42,231 bases of DNA from Ionaspis alba (Eukaryota), in the NCBI GenBank assembly GCA_964255285.1, contig CAXUUL010000057.1, positions 1-42,231 of the forward strand, in the 5' to 3' direction. Under the pieces are notes generated by a model. That model did no database searches, had not been told where the DNA came from, and saw only the letters and a program-made list of their open reading frames with translations. Position numbers and translations under genes: made by a program. This document shows positions 22,467-37,445 of the stretch, piece by piece. Position 1 is the first letter of the stretch. Each line of letters opens with the position of its first letter.

Positions 22467-23161
22467 ATTGGATGCTTGCCAGAGGTCCGGATGAATGAAG
22501 GAGTGTACTCTGACCAGGGGGCAGAAGGACCGGGCAACCAGGAAGCTTTAGTGCTGGTACCTAGCCCAATACTGTAAGAGTAATTGTAAGCTAATCAATT
22601 CGTTATGATCAAAGGGCTTTCAGAATATCAATCGACGGTACTTGTTCGATGGATTGGTACTTGATAAGCGCTTGTCGAGCCATCAAGCCCCGCACTAGCT
22701 TCGGATCAACATTGATCCTGAGAAAGGAGCAAAACAATCAGATCGCGGGGCACGAGGGCTGAGAGGTGAGGCTGAGTTTTGGTTGCAGAGGCACAGCGCA
22801 CAGCGTCGCATTATTATTGTTTGCTACGGCCAAGGCTTTCTACTTTTTCTCTCGTGTGGCTTGCTCCCCAATCTATCTTGTGGCTGAGCTATCAAGCCCA
22901 TCACGACCTTCAGCTGAGGCCTGCGCAATCCGAGAAAGTAAACAGCACATATATTCACATCTGCCCTTTCAATACCTTCGAGCTCCACGTTGGGGGCTGC
23001 AAAAAAGCTCTCCAATCTCGTTGAGCTTCAGCTTATCCTCGAAGCTGCACGTGGACCCATTTGGCTGCATGTGACGCTCTGCCAGCTCATCGTCCTGCTT
23101 CTCGACTCTCGAATAGCTCTGAAGGCAGGTGCTAACCAGCCGTGGAGAAGCAACCGCAGAG

Positions 23162-24832
<1,671 letters not shown>

Positions 24833-25527
24833 GGTAGTCACTGTGAGTATGGGATGTGCGTGCATGGGCTAGGTGTGTCGGAACCATAAAGGGTGTTGGG
24901 TTCTTTCATTTCTTGGATTCTCAAAATGCCTATACCACTCCCGTAGTCTTGCTGGTCTTTGCTCTGCAATCTGTTCATAGCGGCACTTTAGAGGGTGTTC
25001 ATCTCCTGTTCTCCTCTTTACGATCTTGCCGTGTATCCCGTTTTGGTTCTCGTGGGCTACCCTCCCCATGATTCTCTTCTCCGTTCTAGATGTGATTTCG
25101 ACCTACTACTGAGCTTCAGTATTATATACTTCTGTCTCTCCATTCACAAGATGAGTACACTTACTGGATTTCCCACGAATTTGGAGAAAAGTTGTTGTTG
25201 GAAAAAGACTAGGGGACTGCGACCGCTGGTCAACAGTTTAGCCCAAACAAGAGGTGATAGGATTAAAGAACATTGTTGATATTGATAATGTATATCATCT
25301 TACGGACTGTCGAAGCGCCCAAAAAGCTGAACCACCCAAGTTTAAACTGAGAACCGTGATAATATTCGGGAATAGTCATCATGCAATACCAGGAACACGT
25401 AACTGAGTTAGCCAAGATTTCGCTCCTACAAGGAGCTAGGGCTAAGCTATTCTCTATATTTTTACAAAGTTGTTTCGTCGACAGAAAAATTTACAAGATC
25501 TGAAAACGCCAGAATAATGCAGAGCAG

Positions 25528-26987
25528 CTAACGGTCTACCTCCCCAAAAACGAGGTCCATCGTGCCGATTATAGCCACAGCATCAGCGAGAAGATGACCT
25601 CTGGATATTTGGTCGAAGCTTCCCAGATGTGCGAAACCAGGTGCACGGATCTTACACCGGTAAGGTCGTTCACTCCCATCACTGACAACAAAGACACCCA
25701 TCTCTCCCTTGGGTGCTTCGATAGCCGAGTATGTCTCGCCGGGAGGAACAGTATAGCCCTTGGTAAAAAGCAAAAAGTGGTGGATTAGCGCTTCCATGTT
25801 CTCTTTCATGGCGGCTCGTGGTGGCGGCGAGATCTTGTAGTCCTCGACCCTAATAGGACCGGCAGGCATCTTGTTCAGGCACTGGTGAATAATCCGCAGG
25901 CTCTGTCTGAATTCCTCCATCCGGCATAAGTACCGATCGTAACAGTCTCCGTTTACACCGACGGGGACATCGAACTCAACCTGGTCATAGGCGTCATATG
26001 GCTGGCTCTTTCGGACGTCCCATGGAACGCCAGACCCTCGTAGCATAACACCGGAGAAGGAGTAGTTAAGGGCATCGGCGGCCGAGACAACACCAATTCC
26101 TTGGGTTCTGCCCTTCCAAATTCGATTGTCTGTGAGTAACTCTTCTGTTTCGTCGATACGGTCGCTAAATTGTGTTGCCCATTGATAGATGTCGTCAAGA
26201 AGGCCCATGGGAAGGTCCTGGTGAACGCCACCTGGTCGGATATATGCGGCATGGAGGCGAGCACCAGAAACACGTTCGTAGAATTCCTTGTCAACTATTA
26301 GCGTGTATACAATCCTGATTGACCGGCAGTACTCACCATCAGTTTCTCCCGCTCCTCAAAGCCCCACAAGAAAGGAGTGAGCGCTCCGACATCCATAGCG
26401 TGTGACAAGACGGACATGAGATGGTTCAATATTCTGGTGATCTCTCCGAACAGCGTCCTGATCCACTTCGCTCTCTCCGGCACCTCGATGTTCAGCAACT
26501 TCTCCACCGCCAGCGAGAAACATTGCTCGTTCGTCATCATTGACACATAGTCCAGTCTGTCAAAGTATGGTAAGGCCTGAAGGTATGTCTTGTACTCGAT
26601 CAATTTCTCCGTTCCTCGGTGCAGTAACCCAACGTGCGGATCAGCGCGAACAATCTCTTCTCCATTTAGTTCTAAAATCAATCGCAGCACACCGTGCGCT
26701 GCGGGGTGCTGGGGACCGAAGTTGACTGTATAATGCCTGATCTTCCGCTTCTCGGCAGCGTCACCGTCGTCGAGCGCGGTCGAATGCTCATTGTATTCTG
26801 AAGATGGACCGAGTCTTTCATCCAAAGGCACGAGCTTTGTTCCTTCGTAGGGTTCGGCATAATGCCTTGGTATCGAAGAAGAGACAGAGCGGACTATGGG
26901 AGTGGAGAGTGTTGATCGGGGTGCTCGCGGACGAAGGCAAAGTCGCTTTGCACTGTGGCCAGCAAGACGAGTAAAAGAAGACGCCAT
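25528..26987 (-). CDS. nuo49: NADH:ubiquinone oxidoreductase 49 kDa subunit, mitochondrial precursor (NDUFS2/NuoD)
   Basis: Arg/Ser-rich presequence, [34 protein letters not shown]-terminal DLVFGEVDR. One intron at 26287-26336. Confidence 0.97.
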
Positions 26988-27192
26988 TGTGACCGATGGC
27001 TGATGGACGATTGAAGTTATGGGCTTTAGTTGAGCAGTGGCGGCTGAGCTGATGTTGCGAAGAGAAGTCGCCGCCGGAGTGGTGACGATTGGCGATCTCG
27101 CTCGACCCTCATTGGTCGAACAATTTCGAGATCACATTTCGGCATCCTCAAAAATCCCCCACCATGCCAGGCGCAAAGTAAACCGGCACAGT

Positions 27193-28422
27193 ATGTCGCC
27201 ATCAAGGGTGTCACAGCACGAACTGGATAGAAGAAAGGTACGCTAGATATGGGAGATTGATTCTTCGGGCCACTAAATAGTTCCAGATAGTCGGCGTCAA
27301 TGCAGAAACCGTTACGAACATTTCATCCACCGATTTTCCCGGCCATTACCCTGGTGAAGACCATACTTGGAATTTAGAAGAGTTTAGAAACGTATGTCGT
27401 GCAGCATACGCAATTCCTGGGCAGGCGATCTCAAGCTTACAGGCGTCCAGTCCTTCCGCATACAATTCTACAAGAATGATCCACTCGACTGCTGCTTCTC
27501 TCTCATTCACCTCGACGCCTCAATTGCCAACGCCTTCCGACGCATCCTGCTTGCAGAGATTCCAATAGTTGCCATAGAACATGTCTTCGTAAACAACAAC
27601 ACCTCCATAGTTCAAGACGAAGTCCTTGCCCATCGGCTCGGACTGGTCCCAATAACTGGAGATCCTAAGGGGCTTGATTGGCTACGTTGGATTGATGAGC
27701 CTGCAGAAGGACAGCCAAAGCCCGGTCCGTTAGATACAAACACCATAGTACTAAAGCTAAAGATCGAATGCACAAGGAGGCAGGATGCGAAGAAGGGCGA
27801 GGAAGATCCCTTGAAGCTTTACGAAAATGCGCATGTATATGCAAGGCACATCGAGTGGGAGCCGGTGGGAAGACAGAAACAGATGTTTCCAGAACCACAC
27901 GGTGTGATCAGACCGGTCAACCCCGACATCCTCTTGGCAAAGATGCGGCCCGGGCAAGCAATTGATATCGAGATGCATTGTATCAAAGGCAAAGGGGCAG
28001 ATCACGCAAAATATTCGCCTGTCGCTACAGCGAGCTACCGACTCTTACCCACTATCGATATCGTGAAGCCAATCCTGGGTGCTGACGCGAGAAAATTCGC
28101 CAGGTGCTTCCCCAAAGGCGTGATTGGCATTGAGGATGTCACTGAAGAGGAAGCCTCACATGAAGGTAGTGGCTATGAGGGGCAAGCAGGCCAGAAAAAG
28201 GTAGTTGTGAAGAACACCTTTAGGGATACAGTGTCGCGAGAGTGCTTGCGACATGATGAATTCAAGGGCAAGGTTAAGCTGGGAAGAGTTAGGGATCATT
28301 TCATATTCAGCGTGGAGAGCGTAGGACAGCGGGAGAGCGATGTGCTCTTCCTTGAGAGTATCCAGACACTCAGATCAAAATGCACATTGCTCAAGAAAAA
28401 CTTGGCTAATGTCATGCGATAG
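27193..28422 (+). CDS. rpc40: DNA-directed RNA polymerases I and III subunit AC40
   Basis: Exons 27193-27237, 27287-27391, 27451-28422. STDFPGHYPGE, ANAFRRILLAEIP, NNTSIVQDEVLAHRLGLVP, HAKYSPVATASYRLLP, DTVSRECLRH, RDHFIFSVES. Confidence 0.95.
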
Positions 28423-28687
28423 AAGCATTAGGTTTTCTTGGTCTTAAGCGAATTAGCATTGCATGGCGTTTAGATGGCCGGGAGCGTGCAATTGCCAGTC
28501 CCATCTTTGTACCCAGAGAACTCAAAAGAGCTTCAATGGTCCTGTTCTTTTGTTATCCTAACCTTGCTGACTAGTGCAGCATCTGTGAAGTCGGCTGTTT
28601 TCAAGCAGCGCCTGTTCGCTATGCAAATCAAAAGAATCCCAGGACAGGTTTGTAGTATCACATCTCTATCCAAAGTCATACCATCAA

Positions 28688-30238
28688 TCATGACCGGAAT
28701 ACAAGCTTGAACTTGAAAGCGATTTGAAATGCGGGATCCGAGACCGCGATCTCCTCCCCGTCAGAAACAAGCTCAGAGATTCTCTTGGAGAGGTTAGGCC
28801 TCGTCTGCTCTTCAAGTGACTTCGGTGATTGGTAGTAGAGGGAAGCGCTCTCGGTCCGCAGCGTAGGCTTCTTCAGCTGTGCTTCGGCCCGTTCCCCAAG
28901 ACTATCAATAAATTCTTGTAAGGTGATCTTTGGATCGACATCAAGACTTCTCGCAAGGTTCCCACAGACAGGACAATCCTCGCTTTGCTCATGCTTGAAC
29001 ATGTAGGTATAGATGCTGTCGTCACCACTATACATCATGTAGTTGTCCAGGTAGGGGTTGCAACTTGTCGCAATTTTGAGAGCTTCATTACAACAGCTAG
29101 CAGCGATGATGGCGTTTGTGGATGCGATAGCAGGAATGATGTTCTTGACCACGCCCTGTGTCAGTGAGTAGGTCACACCGGGAATATTGAACTCTTCTGC
29201 ACGAGCAAGGGCTTTCTGATACAACCAAGAGATGTGCTCAGGGTCGTCCGTGTCCAGGATTTCGTCCTTCCGATGCTCTTCCCAAGCAATGATATGAGCC
29301 CACTCAATGCAATGTTGGGGCTGACGTGGGATGGTTGCCAGCGTGCACAAAGGTACTGCTGGTCTTGGTGCGTGCATGTCGAGCTGACACTCAATACAAG
29401 AGGAAATAGTCGGCAGTATTACCCTAGCCTGGCCTTTAAATCCTGTATGACCAGTTTTTAGTATAATTCTCAGGGGGAAATTTCATGCTCGCAAATACCT
29501 TCCGTTCCACCGTCAATCAGTGGTTTCAGAGACTCCGGATTCTCAAAATCAACCATGCCAATGAGAGTGGCGTTGATCCATCTTCGAGCCTCAACACTAT
29601 CAAGCCCACAAACCACGAATTTGAATTGCATGTAGTAATCTTCATCTTTGTCCTGAATTTTCCCATGGTAAGGAGTGATCTTGACGCCTTTAACACGTCT
29701 TTCCACAAACGCAGCCGCCACCTCAGCCTTCGACTTGCCTACGTCAGCTTCCCTGAAGAGAAATTGGCGATTCAGGTTCGAGACATCGATAGTATCTTCC
29801 GTCGATTAGCTACACGGTTGCTAGGCCACAACTGCAAGACCCACCCATGTCTATGACATGAATATTTTTGAAACCGGAGAGGGCCAAATTTTTCAGAATC
29901 TCACATCCCAATCCCCCGGCTCCGCTACTGATATCAGCTTCATTAAATAAGCTAGATACCATGCTAGACGGACATTACGCTGCAGGTACATTAGCCATAA
30001 TCTAAATCACGGTCAAGGTCGAAACCGACAGAATTTTTGAACCCTCCAGATTATCAATAATGTCTACGCCAGGCGTCCAATCTGAGTCTGTGAAAGGTCC
30101 TGGTCGAGTTAAGACATGATCCAGATATCTCCTAGGCTGCGTTAGACACCAAGAATCGAAGAAAGGACCAATAACTCACCATCTTCTTCTAATATCACCA
30201 GAACCATGCAGCATTTCGGATTTAGATTCAATAGCCAT
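28688..30238 (-). CDS. uba3: NEDD8-activating enzyme E1 catalytic subunit
   Basis: Multi-exon gene including a 6-nt micro-exon at 29974-29979. [55 protein letters not shown], catalytic [30 protein letters not shown]. Confidence 0.95.
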
Positions 30239-30621
30239 ACTAAGTGGTCAAATATATCATCATCAAGCAAAGTCGCACATTAAGGTAGAAGCCGTAAACA
30301 GAGCCGAGGTCAAGCGCAGCCTAAATAGGCGCGGGTATCGCTTGGCCTGAATCACTTGGCGGCAATACTGGGCATCAAGCAGCATTAAAATAAACAGGAT
30401 ACAGAAGCCACAGTGCTTTTTGACGTTAAGTCGAGCTGTTGATTACAAGTTAAATCGACTTCTATCTACTGCCTATACAAGTTTTAATCAATTAAAAGAT
30501 ATGTACAGATTATAGACCAGAGCGAGAGTGCTTGGATCAGCACTCGAGGGTAATCTGCTGCAACTTCTTCCTCTATTTCTATCTGTCAACGAGGCATATC
30601 TCGAGTTCGTGGTACCGACAG

Positions 30622-32101
30622 CTAGGGAGTCAACCGATGGGCCTGAGGTATCCCCATCTCTAGATCACCGCAAGACCGACTGGAAGAGGAAGATGCGACT
30701 TTGCAATGGCTTATTTTTGGGACCTCTTGTGGGTGCCAACCTGCACCCTGCGTCGCCCCAATGGGAGTAGGTGAAGAAAGCTTCACTGACGGTAGTCTCA
30801 CCCACTCTGGCCTTGCTAATACCGGCCGCGGAGAAGAAAGTGAAATCTGTCCCTTAATGGTATTGAGATCCTGGGGTACGTATGGCCCGGAGAGCGAGTC
30901 CCTGTCGAGCTTATTTGCAAAGGTTGTAGCGCATTTGTGGACCAAGAACCGTAAGAGTGGTCGCATGGCCAGTAAGCATGCGAAGACAAGACCGATGCTC
31001 ACTTCTAGAAGAGTCCATATACTGGGCAATACACTTGTGACTGTCCTATCCATTAGTCTATCGTTATTAACGAGGTGGGGATATGATGGCTTTTCGAATA
31101 CTTACACGTTACATCAATCACAACAATTCGTTGTAGGTACGTATAGCGTACGATGCTAGCAACGCATACACTGTCGATGATCAGATAAGCATGATCGAGT
31201 AAGCATTACAAGAGAGCGTCAAGGCAAACTTACAAGAAGCCGAGAGAAAAAGTAATCGAGATTGCAAGCTTCTGAGACTTCTTGATACAAAGCCGCCACA
31301 CGATTGGCATTGGCAGTATGAGAATCATGATATCAGAAGCAATGGTGAAAGCAGAAGTTGAGGCCAGAAAGCTCCAAGTATTGATACACGAGCCTGAGGT
31401 GTCGCCAGTGGCTTGATTCCAGAAAAATGGCACAGGTGTACATTGAAAGATCACTACAATGATACCCGTAACATTCAACACCACTACCCAGACTGTGACG
31501 AAAATCCATGCAGTTCTCCAGCCGACTGGCGTCGCGTGGACAGGGAAGATCTTTCGGAGGAACAGCAATATAGATACTTTGATTGTAAGGCTCGCTGTCG
31601 CGTACTCGGTTTCGAATGCATAATATACCTTGAAATCCACAAATGATTAGTCGCCGTTGAAGAGCCAAGAACAATTCGCCATACCTGCAACAAGTGCACT
31701 TGTTTTGGTCTCGGAACTGTGATTGCATGCCTTCCTCCTCCGTACAAAGCGCCTATTAAAAAAATCAGCGTTACCTATCCTCTTCCTGACTCGACCAGGA
31801 TGCGAACCAATTAGAATGAGACAAACGCATATGCCATATATAAGAAACTTGTCTTGGTGAGCAATATATCCTTCTTATCCGGGACTATAGCTTGACAGCG
31901 CAGACGTACTAGACTGATTATGATCACATAATCATCGCTAGACAACTTGGTCTTCGTGGATCTTTTGCAGAGGATGCGCACGACAACAGCAGTGGTCGTT
32001 ACTACCATCATACTGCCAGCGGCAGCATAGAACCCGCCCGATCTATCGTCATGGATATTGGCCAATTGGTAATGAAGATTTTCCAGATTGACTGACGCCA
32101 T
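30622..32101 (-). CDS. PTH11-like 7-TM integral membrane protein (fungal rhodopsin domain, no CFEM)
   Basis: Multi-exon. VVVR...LSSDDYVI, YGGGRH, IKVSILLFLRKIF, IFQCTPVPFFW...GSCI, SDIMILILPMPIVWRL, WTLLEVSIGLVFACL, and a Ser/Pro-rich tail. Some 3' exon boundaries were not fully resolved. Confidence 0.85.
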
Positions 32102-32929
32102 GGCGAAGCCTACCCAGGCAAGGCGGTAAGACAAGGACTCAGTGTCGGAAAGAAATGGTCCCAAAAGTCAGTATGCTGGCCACGTCGAAGATTGCATGGC
32201 AGATCTCTATATATCCCGAGCACGCAATGCACGAAGTCGTCATTGGACTCGATGTACAAATAAGTATTTCCGTATGTCAGGACGCTCAGACTTCAAGAGT
32301 GCCGTGGAAATTGGGCGAACCTCCCAAGCAGGTAAAGTATGAAATGTTGGACTCAACGTAGAGATTAATAGCCCCAATTCTCAATACGCTCAGATATCAG
32401 TGGTGTGAAACTACTGCGTACGGGCGGAGCACGCACGGCACGCAATGTTGAAGCTGAGGTTGAAGCAAGTAGTCCCAAATGTCATTAGGTTCTGACTTTC
32501 AAAAGAGCTGCATGGCAACGGACCGCACGGGCAGTTCCCCACATCCACAAGGGCTGCATGGCAATTTCCATATCGGCCTAGGCCCAATAAGCAATGCACG
32601 GTGCATTTATTATTGATGCGCTTAAATGCCACCCGCTGCATTGACCATAGATCCCAGCTAAGACCGCAACCTCCACTAACTTATAAAGCCTCCGTGGCCA
32701 CATCGACCATCCTTACAGCTGTATCAGAGACAATCTCTGTATGGCCTCATTTCGAACAACTAAATGTGTCATTTTATGGCAACGCAAGTCCATCAACGTG
32801 GATGTCTCATATCATGTCAATGTGCTCGCCGACCTTCGCAGTGGACTGCGGACTGGTGCAATACTGACATTAGTTCTGGCCGTGTGCCGTTCGAGTTGTC
32901 TCGCACTTCTGCAAGTTTAAAGGCAGGCT

Positions 32930-33565
32930 CCTGGTAACTTGCCGGTAGGAACCACTCGCGGCAAGCTGCAGTATAAAACTAAGCCCAATGGAAACGCCCC
33001 TAAACCTCATACCGTTAAATATAACGTAGTCTCGCCTAATTAAAATGCGGCGTATTTCTTCTCTACCCGCACAAATAGTAGCTGTAGTCCCTGGCAGCCA
33101 CGGGGTGCGAACAAAAACGGAGACACCCCTTTTGGCGAATCTCGGAGCAGTTTCCCCACGATTCTTCACCCCGCGTGGCAGCCAACATGTCGCTAAGACT
33201 AGACTCGCGTTGGGGGCTGGACTGGGATGTCACGTCTCCTGGGACCCGAGCTCGAACCTGCGGGGGAGACAGGGGGATGTTGGCAGAGTTTTGTACGATT
33301 CCTATGAACGATCTTTTGCCGAGTAGCTACAATGGTGTAGTGGCAGAAGACACCGTCGTAGTCTTAGCAGTTAACAGCGTACGTAATAATACCTGGACAC
33401 GATCTAGAACCCGGACAGATCCCGGGCTAACTTCCGTTAACCTGGACCCCTTATTGTCAGGACTAGATGGTCCGGTTTAGGCAGCTCTACGCGGCTTTAG
33501 GGGGAACGACCGCGTACTAGGTCGTGTCCGGGTGGTACGTACACCCCTCTATATCGCGATCACGC
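32930..33565. repeat. Possible RIP-degraded repeat or pseudogene relic
   Basis: Intergenic stretch visibly rich in TpA (tag/cta/tac/taa) and CpG relative to its flanks, with no credible ORF. No terminal repeats were identified. Confidence 0.35.
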
Positions 33566-33902
33566 AGCCCTCACAGCGGCAGCCATTTGCTTCTGAATTT
33601 ACGTAGCAGATTCCTGTGAATAGTCCCCAGTGTTAGGAATTATATCGGTGATATCCGAATCCGAAGCCCTATCATATATTTACATCACGTGTGATCTCCC
33701 AGACTCGCGCGACCATAGAACGGCCCTCATCCGGCATCCGATTGGGGTTGAGGTTAGGTCGGATTTGTATCTTTCTAGCATCAAACGTCTTCCTTTGATT
33801 ATGGCATCGTGTGGACGGATCAACGGTCGCCACGATGCTCTGATCTCCGTATCAGGATAGGTATCCTCGTGTCTCTGTTTCCCATCAAGTACGGATCGAA
33901 AA

Positions 33903-36900
33903 ATGGAAAACGCCATGGAGAACCTCTTGAGACCCACCAAAACCAGGCGGCTTTCAGGGTCGAGACCGCTCCTGGCTCCAGTCAGCATGCCCGAGTCTGC
34001 ACAGACGCGTGGTGACTTGGCCGTCCGCTCAGCAGATGATGTTATAGAGGTCCTGCTTTCCAAACCGGACTTGAATGCGCTGACAAAGTGTCTAAAATGG
34101 CTGACTTCCAAGAACGATGATGGCTCGCATTTCAATATCAATATCCCAGGACCGCAAGCTGCGCGAATCATCAGCATACTTGTGAATGATATAATTCCCA
34201 ATTTCTGGCATGTGTTGCAAGAAAAAGCGGATCCCGTCAATATCAAGCGGAGGAGAATGCTTGTTACCTGTTTGGTAAACGTGGCTGGTATTGGGGCCAT
34301 GATCAATCAGCTCCGCAGTCTTGTCGTTGTGTCCAAGGGTACTCAGAAGAAGCATGAGAAAGTGTCGCAGCCTTCGTCAGCCTTGCAATCGATTCAAGAA
34401 CTGCTTGATGTATTGGAGACTCTGTTTCAGAAAGATGACTTCATCGAAAGAGTCTGGCACACCATCAGTGTCTCAATCGAGCAGTCCATAAAGCGGAATC
34501 TACTTTGGAAAGAGTTTGTGTCCTTTCTTGCTTCAGGAAAGCTGCTTTCAGCCGTCGCTGAGGCAAACGATATTTGCAATGAGCTCCGCTCTGATGTCCA
34601 AAAGGGTAGCTGGATCGGCGACGGACCGCTCTATTCTCGATGGTTTGGTCGAAGTATACTGTATATGATCACCAAAAATATCGAGAATGACGTTGAGAAG
34701 AGTAAAGCGATGACTCTGTTGCTCAGCAAAGCGCTCACTCTGGGCTACACAGGTTGCTTGATAGTTCAGTCCAATTGGTCGCAAGCTCTACTAATCGACT
34801 GTTGTAGACAAAATTGTCGAAACTGTCTTTAACAAAGTCTTACATGGCGATGATCAGAATCTTCCACAAGTCCGATTGTTACTGTACGGTCTCGCGCCAC
34901 ACGAGCAGAAGACCATTTTGTACAGCCTTCTACGCCTCACGGCTAGGCCGTCCGTTGCTTCGAGCGAGGCGGAGAAGCCTGTTAGCGGCGTTGCCGCACT
35001 TCTGCACGCCTTCACGGAGGAAAGACCCAATCTACGTGAAGCTCTCATAGACTGGTTAACCAGCTCGAATGGCGGAGCAATTGGATCAGATCCACAGACC
35101 CGTCGAGCTGTTATCGCCACGCTGTCCATCCATCCAGGTCAGTCGTTACCCCAAAGAGGATTATCCTCAGCTGAAGCCGTTCAGAGCTGCTTCAGAAGAC
35201 ATTCATGCGAGTATTGCAGCAATTTGGCGACAAGCTATACATCAAGCATGCTCCGGTACTAAGTCAGGAGGGTAAGTGACGGTTCGAGCTGCCTCAAGAT
35301 GTACCATAAATTAAATGCAGGCAGTGAATTGTCAGATCTTCCTGCTGCTGGCTGGGCGGTTATACAGATCTGATCCTGACTTCTTACGCAAGACGTCACA
35401 GTCAAGCCTGTACATAAATGCGATCTCTAACCGTTTGGCCGCAGCTTCATCTCGGTCACGTTTTCTGGGTATGATAGTTGGCGTGGCCGTCTCTGATCTT
35501 GTGGATCAGAGTGACAAGAAGATGACCTTCAGCTCTGAAGAGATTGACAACGATGAGGGTAGATGGCTTCGGAGCCTCACCAAGGTCATGGACTCGATAG
35601 GATCCATAAGTGATTTGATGGCAACCACAATTGACAGTCCCGCTCCAAAGAAGAGGATACAGAGACCTAGATCGCCTGTACAGCAATCTAAACTAGCCTC
35701 CGTATCTAAAATCATGTCAATTGAAGAGATCGACGATACGAGTGACGATGAAGCTCTCCCTATGTATGAAAAGCCCGACTCTGACGATGAAGACTCCGAA
35801 GATGATCCTACTTTGGTTCAGCGAGACAAGCCTACGGCGCCGGTGTAAGCTTCCTATGCGTGCTATCGCGATTAGCTCTTGCTAACAACGACAAAGCTAT
35901 ATCCGAGATCTTATAGCCGGCTTAAGAGACGACGAAAACTACGACCGCCATCGCTTGGCTCTCACGACAGCATCAACACTAATCCGGCGCAAGACAGGGT
36001 TTGGTACAGAAGTAACGGATCATATTGAAGAACTGGCAACTCGGCTTGTGGGACTGAACGACAAATACAATCTTGAGAAATTCCAAGAGATGCGTCTCCA
36101 GGCAATGATTGCAGTCCTCGTGGCACAACCTCTTGAGATGGGACAATGGTTCTCCAGGACCTACTTCAACGGCGAATACTCTATGGGCCAGAGAGCTGCC
36201 ATCTTGACGACCTTAGGCCTAGGAGCTCGTGAACTCGCAGGATACCGCGAGGAAGACGCTGCTCTGACGGGGACGAATGCCCTACCAGAAAAGCTCTTCC
36301 CGTCAAAGCAATTACCCGAGAAACTTCACAAAATATATGCTATCGATGCTGCCCCTGTAGACAACCTTGCTCACAGACTGGAAAGAACTATCCTGCAACC
36401 TATGGCGAACGAAGCCGCGGACAAGATTACAGGTCCTAATATACTGAAAGTACGAACGTTTTCATCCCGCATGGAGGTAGAGAAGAAGCGCAAACGACCC
36501 ATCACGAACCAATTGGCGAAGGCTGTGGCCGATGGATTTTTCTTCCCCCTCACGGGCCTCTGGAGGATCCAGGCGAAGACTCGGTCAGCAGAATGAAAAA
36601 GTCTGTGAACCTGCTTCTCAAAGGCTAATGACACATATTTAGGGGTAAAAATAATGTCTTCTCACAACCCTTTCTCCTATCGCACTTTCTCAAGACGCTT
36701 TCCCTTATGCTAAATGCCTCCGGCGCTTCCACCCTCTCTCTTCCGGCACTCACCACAGAGTTCTGGTCTCTGCTACTATCTTTGCGCGTCGCAGCACAAG
36801 ATGCGCCTCCGGTGCTCGAAGCTCTTCTATTTTCATTTTTGACCTTGCTGGAGATCAACAACGACAATCAGCGTGGCATTGCCGAGGATCATGCCAAGGA

Positions 36901-37069
36901 GTTGCTGGAAACGCAGGCTTGGGTTGAACAGGTGTTCGAAATTGTGGGAGGTGGAAGTGAGGAAGGAGATAGGATGCGAATGCTGGCGGCTGGTGTACTC
37001 GTCAAGACGCGTGAAGTTGTCGAGAAGTATCAGAGATTGCTTCTTGGTGATCTAGTCAACTTTACTTGA
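33903..37069 (+). CDS. tel2: Telomere length regulation protein Tel2 (TTT complex)
   Basis: Six exons; introns about 34753-34807, 35138-35184, 35272-35324, 35845-35896, 36585-36642. FGDKLYIKHAP, YINAISNRLAA, acidic KPDSDDEDSEDDPTL, PTAPVYIRDL, FGTEV, KVRTFSSRM, FFFPL. The start may be ATG 33915. Confidence 0.9.
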
Positions 37070-37445
37070 GGAAATTTTACGAATGGGAAGCTAGACAAGG
37101 TGTCACAATGATATTGTAATATGTCAGTCTAAGGTGTTAAAGGCTCTCACTGTCACGAAATCGTTATCTAGGTCGTACCGACGCTGTAAGCCAGTCACCT
37201 GGCCTACAGTCTGAAATAGTGGCGCAATTGGCTAAGCTTCACCTAAAACGGTAATGTATGAAGTGAATGATGCTTTCAATTTGCCTATCTTGATGAAAAG
37301 CTACCGTTGCACCATCTCGTTCATCCTCTGAAGCTTCGGTCTGAGTTATCTCGACCGACAAAGAACACGATCAGCTCATAAGCTGACGAACTCATAAAGT
37401 CCTGTTGACCATATCCAGCTCTTCCACTTCCAGACTCATTCATCT

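Noticed and set aside
32200..33900. Telomerase RNA or SRP RNA next to tel2
   Set aside because: No TAACCCTAA-type template and no convincing SRP helix-8 motif found by eye.
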